Of a DNA stretch of 64,000 nucleotides, positions 23,385 to 34,978 are shown piece by piece. Location of the stretch: assembly GCA_963765895.1 (NCBI GenBank), contig CAVXZB010000047.1:32001-96000 (forward strand). The letters run 5' to 3'. The notes beneath the pieces were generated by a model. The model made no database searches. It saw only the letters and a list, made by a program, of their open reading frames with translations, and was not told the origin of the DNA. How positions within the stretch are numbered: position 1 is the first letter of the stretch; every line of letters starts with the position of its first letter. The DNA is from an uncultured Nitrososphaeraceae archaeon. Lineage in GTDB: Archaea; Thermoproteota; Nitrososphaeria; Nitrososphaerales; Nitrososphaeraceae. The position numbers and the translations under genes are program-made.

Positions 23385-23421
23385 TAAAGTATTACTGAAC
23401 TATGTCAATTAACAAAGCTAA
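23385..23421. promoter_or_regulatory. conserved upstream element with tandem TTAAC-N3-GTTAA-like palindromes
   Basis: 29/37 identity to 48427..48463 at nearly the same distance from the paralog's start codon. Confidence 0.65.
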
Positions 23422-23645
23422 TTGATATTATTTAATTATCCTCTTATAATGACTATCAACATGAAGGCAGACAATAACACCTAGGTATCAGTATAAATGA
23501 ACTCTCCAGGTTCTATTCTCTTTTTATTTGACATATTATAAACATTGTAGTCGTAGATTTTCCAAACTCTACAGAGACGAGCGATTGATAACTAACTTTG
23601 TTAAACATGATTTATTATATACAGATACTCTTTATAATAACGATT

Positions 23646-24170
23646 ATGACATTAAGGAAAACAACCGATTCAATACCTCTAGTCATAGGTATCGCATTGA
23701 TTGCTACAATGGTAATTGCTGGTGGAATGACAATTATCACTACAAAGAACGTATTTGCACAAGGAGTCGAGAAGAAGTTCACCGCTACACTATCAGGTAA
23801 AAATGAAGTCCCGGGTAAAGATACCAAAGCAACTGGAATTGTGGAATTTACTCTTAGTAGAGACGTAAAGACAATGACATACAAAGTAGATGTTAAAGAT
23901 ATAGACAAAGCTACAATGGCTCACATACATCAAGGTAAAACTGGTGAAAACGGTCCTGTTATTGTAACTTTATTTAAAGCCACAACAGCTACTGGTTCTA
24001 AGAATGGAATATTAGCACAAGGCACTATTACTTTGGATAAACTAGAAGGACCACTGAAAGGCAAGCAGATTTCAGATCTAGTCAAACTAATCGAAGATGG
24101 TAATACCTATGCAAATGTTCATACACAACAAAATCCAAAAGGTGAGATAAGAGGACAAATATCGAAGTAA
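23646..24170 (+). CDS. exported CHRD-domain protein
   Basis: Signal peptide; FTATLSGKNEVP, AHIHQG, GNTYANVHTQQNPKGEIRGQI. Confidence 0.9.
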   Translation: MTLRKTTDSIPLVIGIALIATMVIAGGMTIITTKNVFAQGVEKKFTATLSGKNEVPGKDTKATGIVEFTLSRDVKTMTYKVDVKDIDKATMAHIHQGKTGENGPVIVTLFKATTATGSKNGILAQGTITLDKLEGPLKGKQISDLVKLIEDGNTYANVHTQQNPKGEIRGQISK

Positions 24171-24334
24171 AGAAAGCATACCTTACTTGTCCTTTAATTC
24201 CAACATTTTTGCACTAGATAATAATAATATCATCAAGGAATTGAGATAAGTTCAATATATTTTGTCGTTGTGTGTTATCTACTAAGTAAAGAACAGTTAA
24301 GGGATAATAGTTATGTTATACATCCTCTCCTAAA

Positions 24335-25230
24335 TTGAATAACAAGAATCGATGGTCGGTAATTATTATAATTACTGCCATTGTGCTTGTAAGTATAACC
24401 ATAGCTAATTCATTTTATTATTTTGGAATTACGAGACCCACTACTACTTCCATTACTACTCCACCTAAATTCAAGGTAAGGGAAATCTATCCCACAAAGA
24501 CCGGAGGAAGAGAATGGTTTATCAACATGAATGATCCAACAAGTGATGGGATATTCCATCCGGTTCTCAAATCATTAGACAGGCAGATGGCTCATGGCAA
24601 GTAGAGGGTAGACAGACAAATAGTAAATTTGGTAACGAGGTAAGAATGGGTGTCTATACTCCTCAAGGTCAAGAACCTTGGAAAAACGTAGAGATGACAG
24701 GCTATGCTAAGGTTATATCGGCAAATTCTCTTTCAGATGATCATCTTGATTGGTATGCTAGAGGAGATATACATACACCTGATGCCCCATGCGCTGGTAC
24801 AGCTCTGAAAGGCTGTTTAAGTGTTAGCGGGGTTGCATCTTGGGTAAAAGAGATATGGTTTCCTGGTGGTTATACTGATCAGAGAAACACAGTTCATGTT
24901 ACTAGCGATGATAATTCGATATTAGGTAGATGGATTGGTTGGAAGGTGGTTATGTATGATATAAATAATAAGGACAAAGCTGTAAAAATGGAAACGTATT
25001 TAGATGATCAAGACAACAATCATTGGAAAAAGGTAACCAGTCTTGTAGATGACGGTGGATGATATGCTAGAGCATCAGACGAAGATTTCTATAGTGCAGG
25101 CTGCGGAAAACCCAAAGATTATATAATTACAAACTCAGGTCCTGTAGCTACATTCAGATCCGACAATATGATTTGGGACTTTACGGATCTGAGCATAAGA
25201 GAGATTCAACCTCCTCATAAAGTAACATAA
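24335..25230 (+). pseudogene. membrane-anchored beta-rich exported protein (carbohydrate-binding/lyase-like), frameshift near 24565 and in-frame TGA at 25060
   Basis: TM, REWFINM, WKNVEMTGY, WIGWKVVMY; reading continues past the TGA to ATFRSDN...LSIREIQPP. Confidence 0.7.
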
Positions 25231-25308
25231 ATATTCTATTCACCAATATAATGTGGTTCGCTAGCTAAATGACCATAATTATGATTTTTTAGACATTAAA
25301 TTCCTATT

Positions 25309-25965
25309 TTAGGTTTGATCATCCTCTTTTATATTTGCAGATATCCCATTACCCAATTCTTCAATAAAGGCAATTTCTGATAACGGCTTTCTTTGCCGTG
25401 GTGTAAATGCCTTTTGTATTAAACTTTTAGGCAATATGTGATGTGTGTCCTGGTATCCTATTGCAATCATAATGCCTACTTCAAAGTCTTCAGGGACATT
25501 GAAAACTTCCCTAGCCTTCTGCACATCAAAGCCGCCCATTTCATGCATGATTAAACCTTGATTGAATGCTTCAAGAAACATATTCTCGTTTGCTGCTCCT
25601 AAATCATGAAAATGAAGCCTATTATAATTTGAGTTATCAGAATAAGTTTTTTTGGTTATTGCGCAAATTAAGATTGGTGCTCTCTTGGCATAATCGTTTA
25701 TATCTTTTAGAACTGATTGTGCTTTCTTTAGTTTTTCAACATTATCACTTGTAAAAATAACGTAGCGCCATGGCTGCTCATTACGAGAGGATGGAGCCCA
25801 TCTAGCTGATTCTAAAATTGATAATAACTTTGATGTTTCTACAGGTCGGGTAGAAAATGCTCTTGCGCTCCACCTTCTTGCTATGAGCTCATTTATGGGA
25901 TAGTCTGAGTTCGCGGGTTTTGTTATTATTGTTGTTGTTGCTGCATCTTTATTCAAGTCGCTCAA
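25309..25965 (-). CDS. nitroreductase family protein
   Basis: RRWSARAF, ARWAPSSRNEQPW, DLGAA, HEMGGFD. Confidence 0.92.
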   Translation of the reverse strand: MSDLNKDAATTTIITKPANSDYPINELIARRWSARAFSTRPVETSKLLSILESARWAPSSRNEQPWRYVIFTSDNVEKLKKAQSVLKDINDYAKRAPILICAITKKTYSDNSNYNRLHFHDLGAANENMFLEAFNQGLIMHEMGGFDVQKAREVFNVPEDFEVGIMIAIGYQDTHHILPKSLIQKAFTPRQRKPLSEIAFIEELGNGISANIKEDDQT

Positions 25966-26580
25966 AGAAACTCTTCAATTCTAACTTTATTGATAATGGT
26001 ATTTAATTAGATATGGATCCAAGTGCTCAACCCAGTTTTGAATACCATAGAGATTTTTATATATGATTCAATTTGTATATAGAAATCATTCATCACGGAG
26101 ATATCGGAAGTCATTTGTCTGGGCCTGGTCGTTTGTGAATTGCTATTGACACTATTTCTCGGCCCGAACAAATTATGTGACTGTGTAAAATCTGTCAATT
26201 ATGTCCGATTAAATCATTATCAATACAACCTGCTCAAGCAATCTGTGATTTGATGAATGATTTGACTGTATGCCCAGTTTCGGCGCGACAATATTATATA
26301 TTATGAAACAGGAATAAAAGCGCCGGACGGTCGATTTAAAAGATGAGTACATGTAGTCACGTCAGCAGATTATGATTTTAAAACTCATTGAATTCTCAGA
26401 ATACTGCTCCTTCTTAGACCTAACTTTCAAAAAAAGATTAAGTGATAACTTCAGTGATGGATATGGCAACAATCATATGGATTTCCGGTACTAAACCATT
26501 GGGGTTGCATTTTTCATCTGCGAAGGCTAGAGTAGAAGTCACTACCGCGAGGATAAAAGTAGCCAACGCTAAGGATGTTA

Positions 26581-27498
26581 TTAGTATGTGAAGTCAAGAG
26601 TTTGTGCAACTCCTGATAGTACCTGAAAGCTACCTATAGTCTTGTGGCTTCCATCAGGAAAAGCTACTATAACGTTGTATTTTCCAGCTGGTACTTGGAA
26701 GTAGTAATTATCGTCTATAGATATTATAGAATTTACAGTATAACCTGTTTGTTGTTCTGCAGCTACTATTGTTGCTCCTATAGCTGGTAATCCTGCAGGT
26801 CCTGATACATGGCCATATATTGCACCTAACACTAATGGTGTATCTGGTGAAGGCGATAATGATACTGTACCTTTATTAACATTGGGCAACAATCCCCCAG
26901 TTATAATAAATCCAGCTAATGTAATGGCTCCTAAGATTCCTACAACCGTATAAATTATTGACTTGTAATTATTATTCTTATTTACAATAATTTCGTTGCT
27001 GTATTCAGGTTCCACCTCCTTTTCAATGGGTCTTTGTTTCATGAGTTGTCCTTGTTGTTGCTTTTGCTGTGAAAAAGATAATCCAGTTGATATGCCATAG
27101 CCATCTTTATGTCTATGCCTATGCTCTCTATGTTCATGAGAAGCACCCCTTCCTCCAATACCACCAGTATATTCTCCAGTAACCTCTAAAACATCGTCAT
27201 CTTTACATATTTCTTCTAACATTTCTGAAGTTAATCTATGATTAGCAACATAGTGCGTACCGTTATCATATATTGCAGGAATCATACCAGTCTTATTAAA
27301 TATTAAATCTCTTTTTGCTTGTGAATTTGTTCCTGGTTTTGTAAATATCTCTACCATGTAAAAAGGTGCAACTTTAGGATTTTCCTGTTCTCGTAATAAC
27401 AAATCATGAACTAGACTAGGGTCCGCTTTTGGCAAATATGTCTCATACAGAGTTTGTAACCCATTGAACACCATTTTTACTTCTGATATCTTTGACAT
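26581..27498 (-). CDS. single-pass membrane protein: N-terminal domain, His-rich linker, TM, carboxypeptidase-regulatory-like beta-sandwich
   Basis: HEHREHRHRHK tract; TM; GAIYGHVSGPAGLPAIGATIV...VPAGKYNV. Confidence 0.7.
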   Translation of the reverse strand: MSKISEVKMVFNGLQTLYETYLPKADPSLVHDLLLREQENPKVAPFYMVEIFTKPGTNSQAKRDLIFNKTGMIPAIYDNGTHYVANHRLTSEMLEEICKDDDVLEVTGEYTGGIGGRGASHEHREHRHRHKDGYGISTGLSFSQQKQQQGQLMKQRPIEKEVEPEYSNEIIVNKNNNYKSIIYTVVGILGAITLAGFIITGGLLPNVNKGTVSLSPSPDTPLVLGAIYGHVSGPAGLPAIGATIVAAEQQTGYTVNSIISIDDNYYFQVPAGKYNVIVAFPDGSHKTIGSFQVLSGVAQTLDFTY

Positions 27499-27769
27499 AT
27501 TATTACCATTATATAGGAATAAACTGATTTAGGTATAGTGCAAGTCAAGCTGCGTTTTAGCATACTTTTTGTAATGCTTTGTCTGTATTTTAGATCTTTA
27601 TGTATACAAAACAGACAACGGAAGTTTAAGCTAAAAACAATCTAACTTCTCTAAAATGTCTGTAACGCATGGTTCAGTTGATCTAAAATCTATAAAAATT
27701 ATATTACGAACGTAATTCTATGAGTTATATTTTTATTATGTTGCTAGTTGTTGTTGTTGTTGTTGCTGT

Positions 27770-28000
27770 CACTGTACTTCTTCTACTGATCTCACTCTTT
27801 TATCAATCTCCTTTTTCACCCAATCTTGATAATATACTAGGTTAGTTGTTATAAACATCTGCGTTCCATTTACTCCTTCATAAGGCTCTAGTCTTCTCAA
27901 TGTCAAAGCAACTGTTGATATATTTGGACAAAAGAAAAACCAAAAAGATCACTTCCTGTTGACTAGCATGTGGTATAACAAACTAGTATTCTTGCATCTC
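27770..28000 (-). pseudogene. possible C-terminal remnant of an Lrp/AsnC-like regulator
   Basis: Reads VALTLRRLEPYEGVNGTQMFITTNLVYYQDWVKKEIDKRV; family call from memory only. Confidence 0.3.
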
Positions 28001-28344
28001 TTGATAGATTTCTCCAAGACAGACTTATAAAGAGAATCATCCTCTAGATGGACCATGATAACAAATTCAATATAACCTGCCACCTGCAAAGGAGACATAT
28101 TTCTGATAACGCCAGTCTTGATGGTATACTACGATCACCATTCCGAGATCGTTATATGGTGGGTTTACGTTAAGAATTGAGTAACTAATCAGTCGTAACG
28201 TTCTGCCGTGTAGGTAGGACTCCCTGTCTAAATAGATATTTGAGCTTTTAATAATCCTTTAACTAAAACAAAAGTGATTGTCAGAACTACCAGGAGACAA
28301 GATAAAGGCAACGATTCAACGCAGAATTGATATGAAGCAGGAGA

Positions 28345-28860
28345 TCAAACCTCACAAACAGAGTCTAAGGGAAGTAGAATTGCGAACTTTGAGCTAATAT
28401 ATGCAGACCCACTAGGATAGCCAAACAGTCTAGCTCCAGAACTGATGTTGACAATGATACCTGATTTTTGGATCCTCATTATTGGAAGGACCGCTTGAGT
28501 TGTTCTTGTCAATCCATAAAAATTTGTCTCAAACTGTCTCTTCATCTACTCTATTGTTAGATCCTTAAAAGCTCCACTAAGACCATACCCCGCATTATTG
28601 ACAAGAACATCGATTCTGTCCCTATCAGTCATTATGCTCTAAATAGCACTTTTGACTGAAGCATCATCAGTAACATCAAGTTGGATAATCTTTAATGGCA
28701 ATTTACTTTAGCAGCATGTGTTCTCAGGTTATCTGCCTTTTGCAATGTTCGCATCGTAGCATACGTAATGAATTTATTCCTTGCAAGGAGTAAGGAAGTC
28801 TCCAATCCGATTTCGCTAGAGCTCGCCTGTGACAACAGACACTCCCTGCTGAGTCTCTTT
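28345..28860 (-). pseudogene. short-chain dehydrogenase/reductase, multiply frameshifted and truncated
   Basis: IGLETSLLLARN, IDVLVNNAGYG, QFETNFYG, IVNISS and AYISSKFA (YxxxK) in different frames. Confidence 0.85.
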
Positions 28861-28989
28861 TTCTTTCAAAGTAGGGCTATCACCCATCTTGTTCCTTTAA
28901 TTTTTCTGTCTTTATTATTTTTTAGACATTACCACCTGATAATCTGGGACCGTGGGGCAGATGCTTGTACGTAAAAAGGATCAACTCAA

Positions 28990-29190
28990 TTATCAATCAA
29001 TACTCGATTGGAAAAAGCTTCATTGAAATGACGATACAGTACCTAAAAGATAGAACCGAATGTTTTGATGGTAATTTCCCCCTGTAAGAAGTTACAATGA
29101 TTGTAGGCTATCGCATGTCAAGAATTGGTTGTGTTATTTGTAGATATGCATAAGAGTGATTAAGGAATGTGTCGTTAAGTGAAGAGTCTA
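28990..29190 (+). mobile_element. IS6-family transposase C-terminal fragment
   Basis: TIQYLKDRTECFD matches TIQYIKDRTEVFD of the 33.2-33.9 kb element. Confidence 0.7.
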
Positions 29191-29237
29191 AAATCTACAT
29201 GTTATATTTATTAGAAATAAGTACCATATCAGTTCAA

Positions 29238-29450
29238 ATGACTCATGTTGCAAAAATTATAGAACTCGTAGGCGGCTCCGATATCGGATGGAAAGAGGCA
29301 GCACAAGCAGCAGTAGATGAAGCTAAAAAGACTGTACATGGAATAAATGGTGTTGAAATTACAAATATGACTGCAAATGTGGATCCGAATACTGGAAAGA
29401 TTACCCAATATCGCGCAATCGTAAAAATATCATTTGGTGTAGAACACTAG
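29238..29450 (+). CDS. dodecin family protein
   Basis: VAKIIELVGGS..GWKEAAQAAVDEAKKTVHGI...YRAIVKISF. Confidence 0.88.
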   Translation: MTHVAKIIELVGGSDIGWKEAAQAAVDEAKKTVHGINGVEITNMTANVDPNTGKITQYRAIVKISFGVEH

Positions 29451-29489
29451 CACTATTAAAAAACTCCTATTTGGATGAGAAATTTTTGA

Positions 29490-30035
29490 TATTTTGTGCG
29501 GAATACATTTCCGATCTTACAGATATTTGGGATTGTATTGACGCTCAAACGAAGGGACTATCTAGCCTAGTCTATTTCTTCAGCAGTAAAATCTTACCAA
29601 TGCCAAAAGTATAATCCAAGAGTGTGCGTTTATATGAACAAGAGTCCTCAGACTCTTTTTCTATTCTCTTAAACAAGCCATCAAGAACATTAGGAGTTGA
29701 TACCATTACAATATATGATTTGATATTGCAATGTATCTCTCAGAGACATCTCTAGTATCTTGTTGCTGTCCTGGAGGAAAGAAATCTGCTTCATCTAATA
29801 ATATTGAAGACACATTTAGTAAACCACGCTTTGCATCGAAATGATGTGATGGAAGTGTCTCTATCTTTACACCATTTAGTGCCACTACAGTTTCTATTGT
29901 ATCAAATGAAATGAAACCTTTTTACCTGCAAACAGTTTTTTCATCCCTACTAATTAGAGTAATAGCCAAGTCTATTCTAGGGCCCGTAACAATACGCATT
30001 TGCTAGCCTGCTAATTTATTATCTTTTAAGCTCTG
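29490..30035 (-). pseudogene. terminase large subunit-like ATPase remnant
   Basis: Across frameshifts: QMRIVTGPRIDLAI, RGLLNVSSILLDEADFFPPGQQ (Walker B), MVSTPN (motif III), SPSFERQYN. Confidence 0.65.
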
Positions 30036-30231
30036 TCTTTTGCACATTGAGTGATACTTGATGGCCATCAAAACCCTGTACAATGTGTTTTGATATTTTG
30101 TACCTTGTTCTTCTGTCTTCGGTGGCATCAATATAGAATTTTCATCTAGGCATCAACATCAACATCAACATCTCCTATTAAATTTCCTTCACTTGATCTA
30201 GTAGCCTTTTGAATAACTGATTCCAAGTTTG

Positions 30232-32526
30232 CTACCTCACCTTGCCAGCATGATCTGGTGGGTAAGCCGTTGTTCTATTCTTATTAGGTACATATTTGCC
30301 AGTATGCTTCCAAATAAAGGAATCATGGGTACCCTCACTATTTCTTACAGCCCAAAAATCATAATCTCCATACTTCCTATCTCCAAACTGGTTTAAAGCT
30401 GTATTGCCTGTGATTCCTTGATACGATCGAGCTATCTTCACAATTGTATTTTTCAAGTAATTAATATCATGTGTAGTTTTGGTATCATTCTCGGCTAGCG
30501 CTGCTACCCATAATGTATCATAGGCAACACTAGCATAAGATCTAGGTGTTCTTTCTATCTGTTCATGGATCTGAGCTTCTACATGTTTGAGCCTTTCGTC
30601 GTCATCATCTTCAACTGCGAAAATTGCGGTTGTAAAATTCGTCTTTACTGCAAATGCTGCGACTTCGATATTTCTTATAAGTTTGTTATTTAATGATTCC
30701 TTGTCACTACCAAACCATTTTACTTTTGAAAGTGTAGGATGGTTTTGCGCTTGGATAAAAATTGGCGCAATTTCATCAAAAGCTACAGAGTATACTCCAA
30801 CCTTGTCTATGCCATACTGAGATATAGCTTGATTTACCTTAGAGTCCAAAGCCTTCAAATCTTGGTCCCAAACGATAAAGTTTATTCTATTAAGACTAGC
30901 AGCAAAATCACCCGTATTTGGTATATATCCAACTCCATCGGCAAATTTGCCACCTAGCTCTTGGAGACTATGTTTTGTTGCATTAACTAAATCATTTCCG
31001 TAAACATCAGTTCTCCAAAACGGTATTACTACTCTTATTCCATCATCCATCATCAGCTTTGATATTGCTTGAGCTTGATGAGTGTCGTCTGGCACAAATC
31101 TGAACACATTGTTTCCTTTTATACCTAGAGAGGAAGCAGTACTTGATGGACTAATTAACACTATTCCATTTTTATCAGCATAGTCTTGAGCAGCTTTTAG
31201 ATCTTCGCTTGTTGCAGGACCGATAACTATGTTTATACCTTTTGCTGCTAAATGCATTAGCTTTTCTAAGCTAACTGATGGATTTGTTTGTGTGTCTTCT
31301 ATAACCAGCTCGATACCAATATTTGAATGGGTCTTGAAGAGATATTCATTGATATCTTTGGTTGCAATCTTTAGTGCCGCCCCTCTGATTCACCCAAAGA
31401 TGAAGATACACCCGTTAAGGGAAGAAGAGCACCTATTTTCACTGTTTGCTGCTTTCAGAGCACCAGCCGGAGCTGGTAGTATTATCTCAGAACTTGGGTT
31501 AGAAAACAGGAAAAGCGATGATGACGATGAATATAAAGAGAAGTAAACTCCAATTGCTACAGCAACAACTACAATAGTGGCTATAGCCATAAGCGCCATG
31601 TGACTAATTTTTTTATGGGTTTTTTCTTCTGATTTATGCTTGTCAGTGTAGCCACCTCCTGGGGCAATAATTGACGTCTCGATTTGTTCTGACCTACGAC
31701 GTTCATCAATGCTTGGTTGACCATGTGATAGCAGAAATTTCACATACCATAATAATCCTGCAGCTATAACCAAATAATGGGCTGCGAAAAATATGGAAGA
31801 TAACCAAAACTGCTCTACTATTGACGTGAGAACAACGACTGCAAACCAACTATCAGATATAGCAATTAAAAATAAACCTAAGGATTCACATATCCAAGGT
31901 GTGAACCATAATGGCTCCTTTCTAAAATTTAACAAAATTACTATTGCAGGAACCATCAATACTGTATCCATAATCGGGTAGGCAATTATGACTGCAAACA
32001 TAGCAATACCCCTTGCAGAGGATAAAACAGATAGACCTATGGTAAGAGCAATGATATATGTAAGAAATATTCCACAACCCATTATACTCGCGACTAGAAT
32101 TTTACTGCTAAATCTGAATTTCTTACTGAATTCAATATATGTGGCATATAGATAATACGCAAGGAATCCATAAGCAGACAACCAAATGAAATCTGCCGGA
32201 GATGGAACAGGCGGGACTATTTCTAAGACGATCTCATATGTTGCCCATATAAGGTCAGCACAAAGCCAAAGTAACAATCCTATTGCAAGAGCTAAATGAC
32301 TTTTGTTATGATGGTCTTGTGGATGATGGCTGCGTCGCTGCATATGTCTGTATACTACAAATACAGCGAGCGCGGCTGCAGTAGATGCATTAATGCTTAT
32401 TATCCAACTTGAATAGAAATCTTTTGTTTTTATCTCAGCAAAATAAATGAATGAATCTGAAATAATAATGGCTAAAACTAACCCAAGGAAGAGGCTCTTT
32501 CTGGTAAGTTTTAAATCACAATTCAC
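30232..32526 (-). pseudogene. multi-TM membrane domain fused to a type-1 periplasmic-binding (branched-chain amino acid-type) domain; frameshift near 31440
   Basis: About 8 TMs plus one anchor TM; second frame reads KIGALLPLTG...IELVIEDTQTNP into VIGPATS, ISPSSTA, FRFVPDD, AYDTLW, GITGNTALNQFGDR. Confidence 0.75.
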
Positions 32527-33228
32527 TACTCCAGCGGTCTAACAATGCTCATGCATGTCGATGTTGCAGGTATAAGATATAAAATTTGTTATTTATGGAT
32601 AAGCTTGAACAATCGGATGTGAATATTCTTATCATCCAATATGAACATTTGAAAAGAAAGAAGTTTGTATTTAGTGTTGACATACAGCTGTATATCGAAA
32701 TAAAGCTTTGATACGGTGAATATTTTAATTTGACATTATTTTATGCTTTGTGTTGTATTTACTATATTCATTATCAAAGCGGGTGGATATAAAGGGACAA
32801 CTTTGATGCGGGTCCAGTAGGATGAAATACACAAGTGTATGTAATCCTAGCAGAAACGTCCGATGACCTAGCCAAGTGAATTTATAAATATTCTACGATA
32901 TTTGTTTCAGATTCACGATCAGTTCTTGGTAGATATTAACACTTGGATGGTCAACATATTTATCTCATCTAGTCCCCATGTGCAGAGTCCATTCCTGCAG
33001 TTGCTAATTTCACTTACGCTGATAGTTGTTTAGTACAGACTTTATTTCATCGAGGTCATCATTTATTTCATTTGAATAGGGCTTGATTTTGCTTTTCTTT
33101 ACCTTAATACTGTTTGCCAAGCCTATTAATGTGTCAATATCTGATACGACTTCTTGAATAACATCGATACTAATTTCATCGACACCTTTCTTGCATGCCC
33201 TAGTTCCTTTTGCAATACTTCGAATATT

Positions 33229-33984
33229 TCACGAGCAATTCTCCACATGCCAGAATTTATATAGACAATCGCAACCAGTACTTCTCTGTCTCTTTTGAAA
33301 GTTCTGGTTTTCTCGAAACATTCTCTTCAGTATCGTATTATGATGACAGACAAATAGACTCGACCATTTTTGTATGTGTTGCAATTTACATTTGTTTTTT
33401 CTACAAGGAAAAAAGTCATCAAAAACTTCAGTTCTATCTTTGATGTATTGTATAGTCCTTTCTATGATATTTTTCTCATATGAAGAATGGATGTGATGAT
33501 GTTGCAGTCTCAAGAACCTGCAAGCCTGTGGATACCATGTACCTCCATTTGCTGAAACAGGATGTATATTCTCCATACCTTTTCACAAGATTTGATATAA
33601 AACGTTCTGCAGCAACAAACAACATATTTCTCTCTTTGAATATGCTTATTTGAAGAATATCTCGGTTGTCGTTTTCGATGGCTATCCATAACCAGATATA
33701 TTCAGAGCCAACTTTGATAATAGTTTCATCAATTATAAATTCGAAGGTTTTGGTCTTCCTATAATACAATCTTTTAGGATTATACTTTTGAATCTAATCT
33801 CTTATTGCAGTGTGGCTCCTCTTCACGAATCTGGATACAGCTTTGGATGTATTACTTTGAAAGACCAAGGAAATAAAGATACAGAGAATATGCTATATCC
33901 TCAGGTTCTGTTCGCTTTCTATTTGGCATATCATAAACTATATCTTACATATAGCTATAGATTTTTCCTTAACTTTATAGAGCC
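33229..33984 (-). mobile_element. degenerate IS6-family element
   Basis: LYLYFLGLS, FIIDETIIKVGSEYIWLWIAI, IIERTIQYIKDRTE spread over several frames; probable left end near 33968-33984. Confidence 0.85.
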
Positions 33985-34041
33985 CATTTGACTAAATAGA
34001 ATGTCATTATATATCTTAATGATCAAAGTAAGAATAATATA

Positions 34042-34176
34042 ATGAGTAATTATAAAGATCAAGGCGAAAAATCAGATGAATCAACCTCAGAAGTGTCTGC
34101 ATCGTTTACTTGTCAGGATTGCGGTAAAACGTTCAATTCTCGCCAGGAACTAAAGGAACACACACACATTAGCTAG
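34042..34176 (+). CDS. C2H2-type zinc-finger microprotein (44 aa, absent from the ORF track)
   Basis: MSNYKDQ...FTCQDCGKTFNSRQELKEHTHIS*. Confidence 0.7.
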   Translation: MSNYKDQGEKSDESTSEVSASFTCQDCGKTFNSRQELKEHTHIS

Positions 34177-34720
34177 GGAACAATTAGGGATTTATATCCC
34201 TTTAACATTTCAAGATTGATAGTTAGCAGGAGAATACTAAATGGCCTGATGGTTAGTATGATCCAATCTATTAGAAGGGACTTGTCTCTAATGTCTATGT
34301 TTGGCATTATTGCTGTATATCAGTTATCGATTGTTATTAATGTACTAATTGTAAGAAAAGTTGAATGCCAATTTTGCTCCAAAAATCAAATAATGTGTTT
34401 TCTGAATATATAATAAACAAATAAACAAATAAACAACTGCTGGGATCTTCCAAAGGTGTATTGCCACCAGGTGAATCAATCAATCAATCATTGATGTTGC
34501 ACCCAGAGTATACAGCAAATTTTACTGTGTAAATTATAAACGGTTTAGACAAAACTTAAAGTTATACCAAAAGATATTCCCGTCTTGTCGATATATTAGT
34601 AGGCATTGTTAGAGAAGAACCATTGGTTGCGTGTTAGCCTTATTAGAAAATAATTAGACTTGCAGATGTTCTGTTTTTATAACCATTCTCTTTCTTGATT
34701 CCATATAAACCCACATAAGA

Positions 34721-34978
34721 CTAGACAGTGTGTAAACCGGAATGAAATCGCCTATGAATGGTATAAATTTGATCGAGTTTATGGCGAGCTGACTTCTTAC
34801 TTCCAGTTAATGCGTATAATATACCAGTTATGATGGCATTAGGAATATCTCCTATCGGAGGAATACCAAGAATTGGTCCTCCAACAAAATCTAAGACGTC
34901 GGCTATTATTGATAATGATAAGACGATTGATGTTCGAAACTTGAAAAGTGGCTTTTCTATTTCTGATATCTGCATCAC
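34721..34978 (-). CDS. small membrane protein, probably frameshifted at the 3' end
   Basis: LSIIADVLDFVGGPILGIPPIGDIP hydrophobic hairpin. Confidence 0.5.
   Translation of the reverse strand: MMQISEIEKPLFKFRTSIVLSLSIIADVLDFVGGPILGIPPIGDIPNAIITGILYALTGSKKSARHKLDQIYTIHRRFHSGLHTV

Noticed and set aside
25060-25062. TGA at a likely Trp position suggesting genetic code 4
   Set aside because: Trp is encoded by TGG throughout, and the same gene also has a frameshift
32805-32830. GC-rich patch resembling a tRNA 3' end or att site
   Set aside because: No intact T-loop and the match is too short
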